Below are positions 37,651-51,619 of a DNA stretch of 64,000 nucleotides, piece by piece. The stretch is from the NCBI GenBank assembly GCA_016748015.1, contig JAAOMT010000129.1, positions 372,001 through 436,000 of the forward strand. The letters run 5' to 3'. The stretch is from Geosiphon pyriformis uo1. Lineage: Eukaryota > Fungi > Glomeromycota. The notes below the pieces were generated by a model. That model was not told the origin of the DNA and did no database searches. It saw only the letters and a list, made by a program, of their open reading frames with translations. How positions within the stretch are numbered: position 1 is the first letter of the stretch; each line of letters begins with the position of its first letter. The position numbers were made by a program, and so were the translations under genes.

Positions 37651-40221
37651 TGTTTTTATTGTTTGGTAATAGTAATAATAATTATAGTTAATTATATAAG
37701 TAAACAAATAAATAATCTAAAAATAAAACTATTTACATATAGCAAATATTATTTTATATTAACAATTATTATTAGTTTATATTATTTTATAATAACAAAA
37801 ATAATATATTATAATATATTTTTTTATAAAACTATAATTATGTATATATATATTAATTTTAATAATAATTTAACAATAATTAAAAAATTAATAAAAAAAT
37901 AATTTTTATAAAAACAAATTATTAATATATTTAATAAAATTTTTAAATAATAATTCTTAATTAAAGTTATTTACATTATTATTAATTAAGAATAAAAATT
38001 TACAGTTATATATTTTAAAAAATAGTATTATTATTATTTTGTATTTCTAAATAAAAATATTTTAAACAATTAAAATAATAATTTTAAAAAAAATTTTAAA
38101 ATAACAAATAAAAAATTAATTTAATTTTTAAAAGTTTTTTTATAGCAAATTAAAAATAAAAAATTACTTACAAAATATTAATATTAATAATTATTTTAAT
38201 AAAAAAACTATAAAAACTTATTTTATAATATTTAATTATTTTTTAAAATTGTAATAATTAATTGTTAAATAAAAAAAAATAATAACAAAAAATTTTATTT
38301 TTTTATTTAATAATACAATAATTAAGTGTTTTAAACTAAACATAAATTTATATACTTATTATATATAATTAACTATTCAGACTAATCAAAATAATATTAT
38401 GAATCTATTATTATTATAATTAAATTATTAGTTTTAAAATAAAAAAGACATAATAAATATATTTTAAATAATATTTTAAATACTTTATTAATACTTAATA
38501 AATAGATAATATTAACAAATAATAAAACAGATAAATTATATTAAAAATTTCAATTTTTTAATTAATTTAGCAAATAATTTTATATATTATATAAACATAT
38601 TATTAAGTAAAATATATTTTTTTTAATACTAATTAATAATAAAAACCAAAAAAATTATTATTTTAGCTAAATTATTAGTATATTTATTATTAAACACATT
38701 TAAATCACTTTAAATTTTTTTGAAAATAATATTTTTTATATATTGTTTTTTTAATCAATAGCAATTATAAAAGGTTGCTTTTTTTGGTTTTTTTTCAAAA
38801 ATATAAATATTTAAAACAATTTAACTGTTTAAATTAACTATTATTAAATACAAAAAAACCATATTTTAAAATTAATATAATTATCTGCAATTTTGCTATA
38901 GTTAAAAAAATTATACTCAATATTTTAACACTAATATTTAAGCCAAGACATAAAAAAAATATAATTATTTTACAAGTTATAATAAATATACTTAAAAATC
39001 TTAAAAAATTATTGATAAAAATCTCTATAATTATTATTTTAATATTTTTCAAATTAATAATAATAATAATAATAATAATAAAATTAATTAATTCACAAAT
39101 ATTTTCAAAATAAAAATAATATTCTAAAAATAAATAATTATTAATATAAATCTTTTTATTTAAAATTAAATAATACATTAAATTATTTAAGTACTAAATT
39201 TTTTAAATCTAGTTTTTTTAAACAACAGAAGTATTTTTAGTTAAAACATATCTTTTTTTATCCAAAAACTGTTTAATAAAAACAATTCTAAATCTTTTTA
39301 AAAAACAAACAATATTCAAAAAATCATAAACCTTAAAATAATTAATATTGGTATTCTTCTAATAAAATAAAATATATAAAACAAATTATTAATAAAAAAT
39401 ATATTAAATTTCAAAAAAATTAATATAATACTAGCTAAAAAACTATTTGTAAAATTAATATATAGTTTACAAAAGTAAAAAAATAAATATATTAATATTT
39501 AATTAAGTATTTATAAATTCAAGCTATAATAATTAAAAAGTTAATCTAAAATATTATTTGTATTTAAAAAACAAATCACAAATACTATTTTGTTCTTAAT
39601 TTGAATTTGTTTTAAAGTTTTTAAATTATAAAATAATAAATTGCTTTATTAAAAATTCTTTTAGATAAACTAGTTTTTAATTTTAGACTTTTTTTAATAA
39701 TATTGTTCTATTTATTATATATATTTTTTAAAATAAAACTAAATTGTATTTTGTACTTAATAATAAGCTAAAAAATCATAAAAACCAAATAAAAAACTGT
39801 TTATTTATTATAATTTTCTTCAATACTTTGTTTACAAAAAAATTTTATATTTATATATACTTTAATTAAACTAAATTTTAAAAAATTTATAATTAATAAA
39901 AAGAGTTTAATATATTTATGTAGCTTATTTTATTTAGCAATTAAGATTAGTAAATTATTAATATTTAAAAAAATAATTTGTATTTTTAATTAATAAAAAT
40001 AGTCATTATTATTAATAAAAATATTATTAATAAAAAAAAAACATTAATAATATTTAAAATATACTACATAATAACTTGGAAAAACTTCTTTCTTTTGTTC
40101 CTCCACAAATCCCAAAAAAGAGTCAAAAGTTTTTTGGAAGAAGTTTTTTACTATTCAGTATGATAAATCTAAACCATTTCTGCTTAATTACAAGGCCGTT
40201 GTTGGTCCTAGTATTGCTGTT

Positions 40222-42009
40222 ATGAAACAGACGGTTAAAAATTCTGGCTCTGAAGGTGGTTTCAAGGCTGTTCTGTCAAGGAAAAAGAGAAGAGGCGGTG
40301 TTTTTGAAGACAATGCTGGTGCTGAAGAGGGTTCTGCTAAGGTGCAAAGTGGTCGTTCATGGGGTTCGGAGACCGGTAATACCACAAAATCTGACAGTGT
40401 TGATATGGAAGAGAAGTGTCTTGTAGAGAAAACAAGTTTCGATTATGGTGAAGGTGGTGCGCTCGTTGGTGGAGATTTGAATCAAATGCCAAAAGGTTTG
40501 TGGGTAACAACTAGGAAGGCATTGGGAAAGCCTTTGGGAAAAATCGACTTCCTGGATGACAATGATAATAATGATGTTCTTTTGGATGCCCCTCTGGTGC
40601 TTCTCCCTCCTCTCAAGAACCTGGTCAATGTTTCTGTTAGAAAGTCATTTGCTTTAGATTTAGATCTGAAAGCGGTAGAGGGAAATTCGGCCCAGGAAAA
40701 GCTCAAAAAGATCAGGAGTTTATTTTCAGGAATCAATGGTTTTGGGGGGGCATCTACCCCTTCGAAGTTCTCAGAGATCATCAGAGCGACATTTACTTCC
40801 AAATTGGGTCTAATAAAAACCACTGCAAAAGCTACTGGTGCAAATATCATGGTAAACACCGATCTTAAGAGATCAGTTGGCTGTTCAGATTGGGCTGTGG
40901 TGTTAAAGGAAATTCCAGTTGGAACATCAGCTGAGGCTGTGCGCGCTGCGCTCTCTGAGTTTAGGATAATTAAGTCGATCAAGATGCAATTAGTGGGGCT
41001 GTGGCAGAAGGCTGTGGTTGAATTTGAGCAATCAGATCACACTGATTTGGTCGCGGCAAAGTGGTCAATCTTAATCGGGAAGGATGCTGTGAGGGTGGCT
41101 AGATCAGATTTGGACAAAGAATCATAGAATGTGAAGGACCAGCATAGGGTGCTGCTCTATACTCTGCCAATGGGAATGACTGCTCATAACATCTGGGATT
41201 TTATTGGTTCTGTGGGTGGGAAAACGTGTGTTATTGATCATCATCCAGTTACATATGCTAGGACTAGGTGTGCTGTCATCTGTTTTGATTCTGCTGAATC
41301 ATTGGATGCCATCGTGGGAACCACACCAGTGTTGAGGGGTGCCAATCTATGTTGGTCTTGTCTTGTTTCGGCCAAGTATGCCAAGTGTGGGAAATCAGGC
41401 CATATGTCATTGAGCTGTGCGATTGGTGGAAGGGTTTCTTCAGATTTGTCTTCGCGTAGAGTCCTGTTAGACACAGATAAAAGCAGATTGGCAGCCATTT
41501 ATGCCAAGCGTTTAGCTTCAGTTGCTCGTCCAGTCTCTTTCAGTGGTCTCTCTTGGGCAAAGGTTGCTAGTGGGTCTTCTTTTCCTTCTCTCTCTGGACG
41601 AAATGCTTCAGTAAAATCTGGTTCCTCTTTGGAGATGGTGCCATCCCTGCCGGTTTCGATGAAAGTCAATAATAGGTTTGCTGCTCTTGAGCACAGTCTC
41701 ACCAGCCTTGCGGAGCAGGTGGGTAAGCTGGCTAAGAGGCTGAATGCACTTGGGCCAATGGTTTCCCAGCTGAGCCCTGAATGTCAGCTATTGGTGACCC
41801 CTTTATCACAGAATCAAGAGGCAGATATAGTGATGAGTGAGGGTTCAGGTGCAGCCACTAGTGGTGAGATTGTTGCAGGAGCGGTGTCTTTCAATGTATC
41901 TTTAGTGTTCAAGTTGGAAGACAACATGAAGTGTCTGATGGAAACAGTTCTGGGACTTTCAGCCAAAGTGGACAGTTTTGGGGCGGATTCAAATTCCTTT
42001 TCTTCTTAA
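40222..42009 (+). pseudogene. LINE ORF1, copy B
   Basis: Homologous to copy A ORF1; one internal TAG (from TGG) at 41125-41127; degenerate (C)AKCGKSGHMSLSC knuckle. Confidence 0.9.
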
Positions 42010-45000
42010 TAAACAGTCTGGTTTAGAATATTGCTACTTGCAATGTCAGAGGTATGAACAATCTTGCAAAACAGAACGATGTCATTCGTTGGCATATGGA
42101 GAAGAACAATTTAGTTTCTATTTTTACAGAATCAAAGTTAAAAGGGAAAATTCACCCCTGGATTGTCAACAAATATGATAGTGTGTGGGTGTTTACCTCT
42201 GGTTTGGAATCTGGATATCTGGGTGCTGGTGTTGCAGTCATCATAAATTCTTCTTTGGCGAGACATGTGTGCAAAGTGTCAGAGGTGCCTGGTCGGCTCT
42301 TGTTCATTAAGTTACTTTTCAAAAATAAACTTTCGGTGTCTATTCTGGGTCTGTATGCTGGTGCTTCCTCAGCAGTTTGGTTCTCTCAGGCTGGTGAAGT
42401 CAACTCTCTCATTGCAAAAGCTGTTAATGAATCTTTCTTCATTGTTCTCGGTGGTGATTTCAATGAAAACAGTTCTTACAAGTGTGCAAGTTTTAAAAAG
42501 TGTCTGGATTTGGGTCTGGTTAATGCCTTGGGTGGGAGCTCCTGTGGGAAATTGCCGACTTGGTTCAATTCTCGGGACATTGCTAAGACAATTAATTTTA
42601 TGTTTGTTTCTTCAAATCTGGTCAATGTGGTAGTGGGTCGCGACGTGTTTGGTGTTGGGGAATACTTTGATACTGATCATCAGGCTGTCTCAGTGTTAGT
42701 GGGTTTGGGTGGTCTGCTCGATGTTCAGTTGAATTCTGTTCACAAACAAGCAAATAGAGATCACTGGAAGTATGATTGTAAAGGTGCGGATGATGTTAAA
42801 TGGGCCAAATTTAAAGAAGATATGACAGCAAATACTGCTATGTTTCATGATGATTTTCTTGCAGCCAGGGTCCGCTTGGACTTGGATTCGATGTGGGTTG
42901 CTCTCCATAAAGTAATGTGCCTGTCTGCCAAGGCAGTTTTCAAGAAAAAGTGGTTTAAAGGATATGATAAAAATTTTAGCAAGGATTCGTCCAAATTTCA
43001 CAAGCTAGAGCTCTTGGTGTCTAAGTTAGTTAAAACGTCTCATATGGATTCTGCTGAGGAGTTTACATCCTTGCTCGACAGGTGGGAAGGTTTGGATTTG
43101 GTCAATGCTTCTGCGGTGAAGTCTCTCTTCCTATTAGGTTTCCACTTCAATGCTATTCAGTCAGTTCTGTCTAAGGTCAAAAAGTCTTATTACGCATTCA
43201 AAATGTCGGAAGCAGAGCGAATTAGGGAATCTCAAATCAGGTCAGCGATAGATAAGAGAATGGAAAGTTTCAAATTGGACAAAGATCATATTATTAGGAG
43301 TGTATTGAAACGTCTTTTTTGCAAAGTAACTTTGGATCATCTGATTGTTGATGATGAGTTGGTTTTGGAGTCTGCTCTGGTTAAGGCCAAAGTAGATGCA
43401 GTCATGGAGGGGTGGACTAGGAAGCACAATGTAGTTTCTGATATTACTGGTGTCTGGGATCGCCAATATCAGCCTTTAGAGTATGTTTTTGATGATGCTT
43501 TTTCTGGTGTAATGAGCCTAATTGATTTTGATGAGATGTCTAGTGTCATTTCGAATCTGCCTGATGGGAAAGCAGCTGGTCTCTCTGGTATCTCGAATGA
43601 GTTGTGGAAACATTGCGACAAATCGGTTTTGGATATGCTTTTAGTGCTTTTGAATGTTTGCTTGAAGTGGGAATCTGTTTCTGGGCCTTGGAAGGAGGCT
43701 TGGGTGTCGATAATCCCCAAACCATATGAGTGGGAGGGCGTTTTCACGAATACCCGTCTTATTGCTTTGGTTGAGACGGCTCGCAAAATCCTTTCTAAAG
43801 TGCTTTCGGACAGAATTTCTTCGGCTTGTAGTGTTTTTGACGTTCTGAGGGGGAATAATTTTTCTGTTTTAAAAGGTACGACCATGCAGTCTCCTATTTT
43901 TGCTATTGGATTGGTCATTGAGGGTGCTTTGGAGAAGAACCGAGAGCTGTGGCTGGTCTTGCAAGACATATGAAAGGCTTATGATTCTGTTAGCTGAGAG
44001 CATCTGAGGAAGAGCTTGGTCAGAATAAAAATGTGTAACAAATTCATTCAGTTTTTTGGTAGTATCCACAATAATTGGGTCAACAGAGTTATGACAGATT
44101 TTGGGTTGACTGATAGATATCGGGTACATGATGGTTTGGATTAAGAGGAGGTGTTTTCTTCTCTTCTCTGGCGCATATTTTATAATCCCCTTTTGTGTAA
44201 AGTCAAGAGACAAGAAAGTGTATGTAGATACAGGTTAGACTCTCGTTTTGTTGCCAATACTGGTCACGCTGAATCTCAGACTGGTTTGACTTCTTTTCTT
44301 GCTGCTGGTGCTTTTGTCAATGACACAATTTGGATTGGTAGCAGCCAGGCTGCCACCCAACATGTTCTCAATGTTGCTAGTGAGTTTTTTCGAGTCAATG
44401 ACATTTCGATCAATAATGACAAAACAGTGGCTATTCCTATTAATTGCAGAGTTTTCAGCCCTCATTTGTTGATCAGTGATTTGCCTATTTTGATAGCCCA
44501 AAGGGAAGAGCCTCATTGGTACCTGGGTATCTTTCTGTTTACTGAAGGTTTGTCGAAGCCTAGCTTGGCTAAGGCACGCTTGGATGTCTGGTTTTTCACC
44601 AACCTTGTTCTGAGAAAGGCTATCTCTGATAAGCAGTTCTTGTATTTGGTGTTAGTGGTTCTTCACCCCATAATTGCCTACAGGACTCAGTTTAGTTTTG
44701 TTCCTATTAGTGTGTGTGCGAAATGGAACACTATGATTTATAAAGGTTTGAAGTCCAAATTTGGCCTGCTGCTCGACTTTCCTAATAATGCTATTCATCA
44801 TCCTTCTCTGTACAGGTTGAAATCTTTTGAACAGGTCCAGGCTGAGAGCAAGTCAGCTGCTGTTGTTTGTTTTGCCAATTCAGTAGGTATTTTGGGCCGC
44901 CTGTTTGCACATAGGTCTCATGATTTACAGGTTCTCAGCTGGCGCCCTCGTCATCTTCTGCTTTTCCTTTTTCATATTAATGTCAGTCCTTTGAATAATT

Positions 45001-46697
45001 TTTTGGCTGGTGTCATCCGGATTTTTTTGGGTTGTGATCTTTCTTTGGGTGGTCTTGTGACCAATGTTTTTCGTTTTCAGAAGGGGACCCCAATGTCTAT
45101 TGTTCTTGGCAAGTTTACTTTTTATAAATGTGTCTCTTCGCTTCAGCAATATGGAATTGTCTTTGTTGAGCAGCTTCACGATCGAACTGGTTCTGTTTTT
45201 GAATGGAGGACTTTCAAGTGGTGGAAGAGGCTAGACCCTCAGGGCCCAATTCCTGATTGGTTCAATGCTGCTGTTTACTTTTTGTCTGGTTCTGGGTCAT
45301 CTCCCATTTGTTCTCTTTTGCCACCGAATGTTGACTTGTTTGACGTACTTGAGTCTTGTGAATTTGATATTGTTTACAATCGCTTATTGGAGATTAATTC
45401 CGATTGCCTTTCTCTGTTTACGGATGGTTCTCTGTGTGGGCTGGATACTCTTAGCATGAAGGCTGGCGCAGCTGTTTTTTTTAAGGACATTGATTTGGGT
45501 TTGGGTGTGGAAGTTTCTGGTTTGGTTTCTTTTACCATGACGGAGCTGCAGGCCATTGCTTTGGCTCTCGAGTGTGTTCCTCCTTCTTGTTTGGTTAATC
45601 TGTTTTCGGACAGCCAGGCCGTTTTGAATGCATGCAAATCAGAGTTATTGTTGGAGCATTCAGATTTCAGGAATCAGTGTTGGGTCGAACGCTGCCATAT
45701 TTCTAATGTCATTCATCACAAAAATTTGGATGTTAATTGGATTAAAGTTAGAGGTCACTTTGGGGTCTTGGGCAATGAGTATGCTGACACTTTGGCTAGA
45801 GCTGCTGCATTTTCTGGTGTGCATCTTCCTCACAGGATTGATGAACATTTTTTTAAGACTGGCAGTACAGTGGTTTCTGGTAATTCTAGGTATTTTGTTC
45901 ATGGTGTTTTCTGCTCTATTCACTGTGCGCATTGGGAGATTGGTTCTGGTTCTCGGGTATTGGTGGAGAGCCTACGTGCTGATGTTGATTGGTTCAGATT
46001 ATGTTCGGTGTGGCATCCGGACTCTCATTTGGCCACTGGTTTCACTAGTGCTCGTACTGCTGGATCTCGGACATATTTTATGAAGGTGTTGCATCATCGT
46101 CTTCCTGTTGCTGTGCGAAAGCAACTTTATGATAAAAGATACCCCAGTGTGATGTGTTTGTTCTGCGGCAATGTTGAAATTTCAGATCATGTGTTTTCGT
46201 GCCCATTCGATGCTGGTGATCATGCTCAGTTGATGAACACTCATGCATCTGTTTGGAAAATGCACTCAGATTTATCTCACTCGACTTCATGTGTTTCACA
46301 GTTGCTTTCTACTTGCGCTTCCGATGCTGTTGTTAGTATGGCTATATGTAAGGGTTTTGTTTTCAATGAATGGTATCGTGAATCTCTTTCTGTTTTCAAG
46401 GACTCTAAAACAGCGGCTCAAAATATTGTGGCATTTGTTCACGAATTCTGTCTTGTATTCTGTGATGATATTTGGCTGGTGCGTGCGAAACACAGAGCTG
46501 TTATGGAGAAAGGTGGCTTGGTTCCGTGTGACGGCTCTATTCTTATCTTGGTTTTTGGTCTTCCTTTGGTGCTCTTATCTGGTGTGGTTAGATTGTTGGG
46601 TATTGCTAATGCACTTGGTATTAGTTTTGGGTTTCGTAACTTTGGTTTATTCTTTTCAGGTGTAGGTAATTTGGTCTTGGTGCATATAGGTGCTTAG
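42009..46697 (+). pseudogene. LINE ORF2 (APE, RT, RNase H, zinc finger), copy B
   Basis: Single frame with a few stops (near 42025, 43971, 43995, 44142); GDFN, TDH, AFV(D->N)D, FTDGS, ELQAI, DSQAV, CLFCGNVEISDHVFSC. Confidence 0.94.
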
Positions 46698-49037
46698 TGT
46701 TGTTCTGACTAGTCTGAATGGCTGGTCACGTGTAGAAAAAGCATGATTTATGCCTAGTTTAGATCACTAGTATGATGTATTGTACTATGTAGTGTTTGGA
46801 CTTCACTCGTTAAATAAATAAATAAATAAAAATAACTTGATTGTTATTAATTTAAACAATATTATTAACAAATGTTTTAATAATTAAATATAAAATTAAA
46901 CTAATTTGTATTTTAATTCTATTAATCTTAATAACAAATCTAAAATTGATTTTGTATTTATATAAATAATTATATTTCTTAATTTTACAAAAAAAAAATC
47001 ATAAAAAAATCTTTAAAAAAGTGGTAAAAAAAAACTTAATTTTAATTTAAATTATAAACAACATAATTATTAGTTAATATAACTATTAATTAATTATTAT
47101 TTTGTTAATTCAATTATTGTAAATATAATTAAAAAATCGAATAAATTTTTTATATGTTTTAATTTTAAATAAATTTGTATATAAATAATACTAATAAATA
47201 AATTATATGTTTTATAACACAATTTAAAATTTAAAATTTTTTTTCAAAATTTTTTTAATTACTAAATTAATAATAAAAATTAAATACTGAATTAAAGTAT
47301 TATATAAAACTAAAAAGTTGTTATTATAAAAAACATTAAATTTACTACAAATAATTAATATACATTAGATAAAATCTTAAAAAAAATTTTTTAACCAGTT
47401 TTAATTAAGACAATAAAATATTTATTAATTAATATTTTTTATTTATAAGACTTTAAAATCATAAAAACTCATGTTTAAATTTAAAAACTGAAAACACATT
47501 TATATATTAAACATAAATTTAATAAAACTAAAAGTATTTTTAAGATTAATTTACTATTATGTTTTTAAAATTTGTTAAAAATATCTAAAAAACTGGTTAT
47601 TTTTTTATTTAACAATTTTTAATCATATTAATTAACTTATTAAAACCAATTTTAATTATTATATTAATAAAAACATTATTATTAAAATATTTTAAAAATA
47701 TATATTAATAAATTCAAACATAATAAATTAAACTTGTAATTAATTTTTTTTGGTCTAATTTTTTATTATGTTATCTATATTAATTTTAATTTTATCTGGC
47801 TTTAAAATCAAAATATTATTTATTATAAAATGTTTTAAACCTATTTTCTTAAATAAATGTTTCAAAACATTGCAAATTATATAACTTTTATTAACAACAA
47901 AATTATTTATTTATTAAAAAACTAAATATTAATATTAAAAACAAATTAAGTAATATAATATTTTAAAAACCTGTAATATTTTTTGGTTTTGGCTATTACT
48001 AATTAATAATAATTAAATTTTTTATTTAACAGTCTAATTTATGTTAAAATAAGACTATTAATTAAGCAATTTAAAAAACTTAGTTTTATTACTTATATAT
48101 AAAGTTTTAATAATCTTAAAAATTAATAATTTTAGTTTATATAACTTGATAAACTTTTTGGTTTTAAAACCAACAAAATTTTAAACCCAAATTTTTTTGA
48201 AAACAGCATTTATAAAACATTATATAACATATATTATATTAAATTTATATATTAAATATAAATAAAATTATTAAAAAAACTTAATAAAACATTTATTTTA
48301 AACAAAAAAACATTTTTAAAATATGTTTATTTTATTGTATTTATGTCTTTAAAGTTGTATTTTTATCTGTTTTTATTGATTTACTTATATATTAATGTTT
48401 TAATAAAAAAAATTTTTTTGTTAAAATTTTTATTTAAAACAATAAATAAGCTTTTATTTACAGTTTTAGCTATAAAAAAAATTAACAATATTAGCTTAAT
48501 TAATATGTATTATTAGTATTATATTAATATAAAACTTAAAATTAAAACTAAAAAATTGTTTTTAAAAGCCAGCTTAACAGATAAAAAACATTTAACAATT
48601 TTAATAATTTTATATATATGTTTGATTAAATTAATATTAATAATAATTATAATATTAAAACTTATATAATTGGTTTTTAAATCAGAAATAAAAACACATA
48701 ATTTATTAAATTCGTTTTTTAATTAGAGCTTAACTTTATTTTTTAATTTTATCTTTATAATAATAAAAACCAAATTATTTAAATTATTATGTTATTTAAT
48801 AATATTTAATTGTTTTAAAAAATTAATTATTTTATATATATATTATATATTATAATTTTCTAAATAAAATTAAATATTAGAAAGAAAAATATTTAATTTT
48901 AAAACTAATTTAAAACTATTAACTTTAATTATTAGTTTTATTATAGTCTTAAACAAATTTTTTATGTTTAAGTTTAATCTTAATATTCTTAAAAATCCAA
49001 AAAATTACAATTTAAAGCAGTTTTATTATAAGTAAAT

Positions 49038-50070
49038 ACAAGCTAATAAAAAAAATAAATTTACTAAAATTGTATTTGATTTAACTTTTTTGGTAAGTTT
49101 TGGAATAATAAAAATGAAAACAAAATATTAAATAAGTAACTAAGCTTTAAAAACATTTTTTTATATATTAACTAATAATTTTTTTTTAAAACTTGTCTTT
49201 AAAATACCAATTTTAAAGCAAAAAATACAATAATAAATTGTATTATATTTTTAAAAGCAAAAAATACAAAAAACAAAAAAAATACAAAATAAAATAAATA
49301 TATATCTTTTTATAATCTATAATATTTTTAAAAAACTCAAAAAAAAAACAATAAAGCATATAAATAGTAATAATTAGCCAAAAAAATAATAAAAAATTTT
49401 TTAAAAGTATTAAGACAAATTATTTATAGAGATTTTTTAGTTTTATTTAGATATTTAGCAATAAAATTGGCTAAAAAAAAAATAAAAGTTTCTTATATTA
49501 TTATTTAAAAATATTTATTTAATTTTAATTATAAAAAAAGTTTTTTTAAACCAGTTTTTACTAATAAAACTTTTTTTTAACTTTTTTAAAACACAGTAAA
49601 ATATTAACATAAAAATTTTTAATCAATTTGTTTTATGTTTAAAAATTAAACAAAAATTTTTATGTGAAAAAAAAAGAGAAGTTTTTATAAAAAAAAACCA
49701 ATTTATTTTGTTTTATTTAAATAATAAATATTTAATTTTATATAAATATTTTTTGTAACTATTTAAAGCAATACTAAAAAATAATTAATAATACTAATAA
49801 AATAATAATTTCAAGTATATTAACAAACTTGCCAAAAAGTTTATTGTTAAAAATACAATTGATTTATTAAAATAGTTATCTAATAATCATAATTTAAATC
49901 CAATAAAAAATTTTTGAATTATTGTTAAAAAAAATATAAAAATAAAATATCTTAAAATTATAGTGAATTAAAAAAATTTATGAATAAAAAATAACAAATA
50001 TTTTTGAATCTATCTTAATTAATCTAACAAAATCAATAAGATAGTATTGTAAAATAATAATTAAAATAAA
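49038..50070 (+). mobile_element. Degenerate Tc1-family (DD34E) transposon relic
   Basis: Colinear with 10560-11850. Reverting transitions gives VFT(D)(E)T.F(Q)LF(R)NT (~49555), (QQ)DNDPKHTSKLAK (D at 49801) and WPSNSPDLNPIEN.W (E at 49906), with 34 codons between D and E. Confidence 0.8.
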
Positions 50071-50179
50071 TAATAAAAAAGTTATTAATAGTTTATATCT
50101 AAAACAAAACTAAAAAACAAATATATTTAACTTTTTTACTAATTTATTTACTTGTTTTATAAAATTAATAAAATTGTAT

Positions 50180-50920
50180 TATTACTTATAAAATAATAAA
50201 AAAACAATAATTATTAATTATAATATAAATTAATCAATTATATATTAAATATTAATAAATAACATAATATTAAAAATTCCAGAAATATCAAAAAAAATTT
50301 TAAAAATTTTAAGAATACCAGAAATTTTAACAATATTAACAAAAATTTTAAGAAATTTAAAAATGTCAAAATTTTAATAATAACTTAAAAAAATATAAAA
50401 AATATAAAAATTTTGTATTACAAAAATTTATATATATATAGCAATCGTTTTAAAAACCAAAAAAAAATTTTTTAACAATATTATTCAAATAAAAAAACCA
50501 ATTCAAAACTATTAAAAAAAATTTAATTAATATATAATAATATAAAAAAACAGAATAATACAAGATAATACAAAATAATGTAAAATAACTCAAAATAATA
50601 CAAGATAATATACAATAACATAAAATAATACAGAATAATTAATCATAATATAAGATAACTAATTAAATATAAAAAAACAAAACAATAACAAAAAATAGTA
50701 AGTAATAATTAATAATAACAAGCAATTAGAAACAATTTTATAAAATTAGAAATATATATAAAAATAAATAGTTTTAACAAAAAAAAAATAACAAATAGCA
50801 AACAAAAATTACTTTTTTTCTTATATCTTAATCTTATCTTAAATTAATTTTATTTTATATATATATTTGTAAATTAATTTAATAAAAGATTTTATTATTT
50901 AATTCACTTATATATAATTT
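50180..50920 (+). mobile_element. Ghost LTR of the GGAATTCC-repeat family
   Basis: Begins TATTACTTATAAAA..ATATAAATTAATCAATTA (cf. reverse complement of the solo LTR, TGTTACTCATAAAA..ATATAAATTAGCCAATCA); eroded AAATTCCAGAA repeats; 10-bp tandem array ~50550-50660. Right end uncertain. Confidence 0.55.
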
Positions 50921-51619
50921 TTATATTTTAAATAACAAAATCAAATTAATTGTCTCTTATATTCTTATGTCAAACCAAATATTATTAGCATAAACAGCTT
51001 TAAAACTCTAATAACTTGAACTAATTGCTTTTAATTATGACAATTAATGATATTAATTTTTTTTATTTTTATTTTATAAAGTAACAAGATTGGAAATCAA
51101 CTATTTAGAAATAGACTTTATAATAGCTTGGTAAAAAATAAAAGCTTTTCTTAATATTAAATATTAACTCTATTTTGTTAATTTACTAAAAAAGTAAAAA
51201 AATAATACCAAATTTTAATAATTATACTCATTAACTTAAAAAGCCATACAATTATAATAGCAATTAAAAAAATTAAAACTTTGTGTTTTATAACTTCAAA
51301 CAAAAATATTTTTAAAGACTAATAACTAATTTAGACAAAAAACTTATACATAAATACTTAATTAATTTTTATTACCAAATCATAAGTACCAAAAGTTATA
51401 ATACTATATTATTAAGTTAATTTATAATATTTGATGCTCTCTATAAGATTATAAAATCCATAAAAACAGAGTATTTTGAAAATTTACAATAAGTAGTAAC
51501 TATTAAAATTGTTAAAAAAAATTACTTATCTTTTAAAAAAGCATTATATTAACATTTTTAAAAAGATTTAGGAATTTCAGAGAAAATAGTTGTTGCTAAA
51601 AAGGATTTTTCTATTATAT

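Larger units (their letters stand above)
40079..46830 (+). mobile_element. Full-length non-LTR retrotransposon (LINE copy B), inactivated
   Basis: 5'UTR, ORF1, ORF2, 3'UTR, (TAAA)n tail; TSD AATAACTTG at 40070-40078 and 46831-46839. Confidence 0.95.
38280..50180 (-). mobile_element. Second ghost LINE, host of LINE copy B and a Tc1 relic
   Basis: 38300-38570 matches 10390-10500 plus 11980-12100 (3' end). ~39170-39230 reverse gives FCCLKKLDLKNLVLK*F (cf. FKRWKRLDPRGPVPEWF). 47330-49030 and 50070-50180 are colinear with pieces of the first ghost LINE. Confidence 0.72.

Noticed and set aside
37700-38280. IS607 serine recombinase (TnpA) or left end upstream of the Fanzor ORF
   Set aside because: No Y-x-RVS motif or terminal structure can be read; the region is too eroded to call.
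40482-46493. Long antisense and alternative-frame ORFs within the LINEs
   Set aside because: Not conserved between copies A and B; by-products of codon bias.
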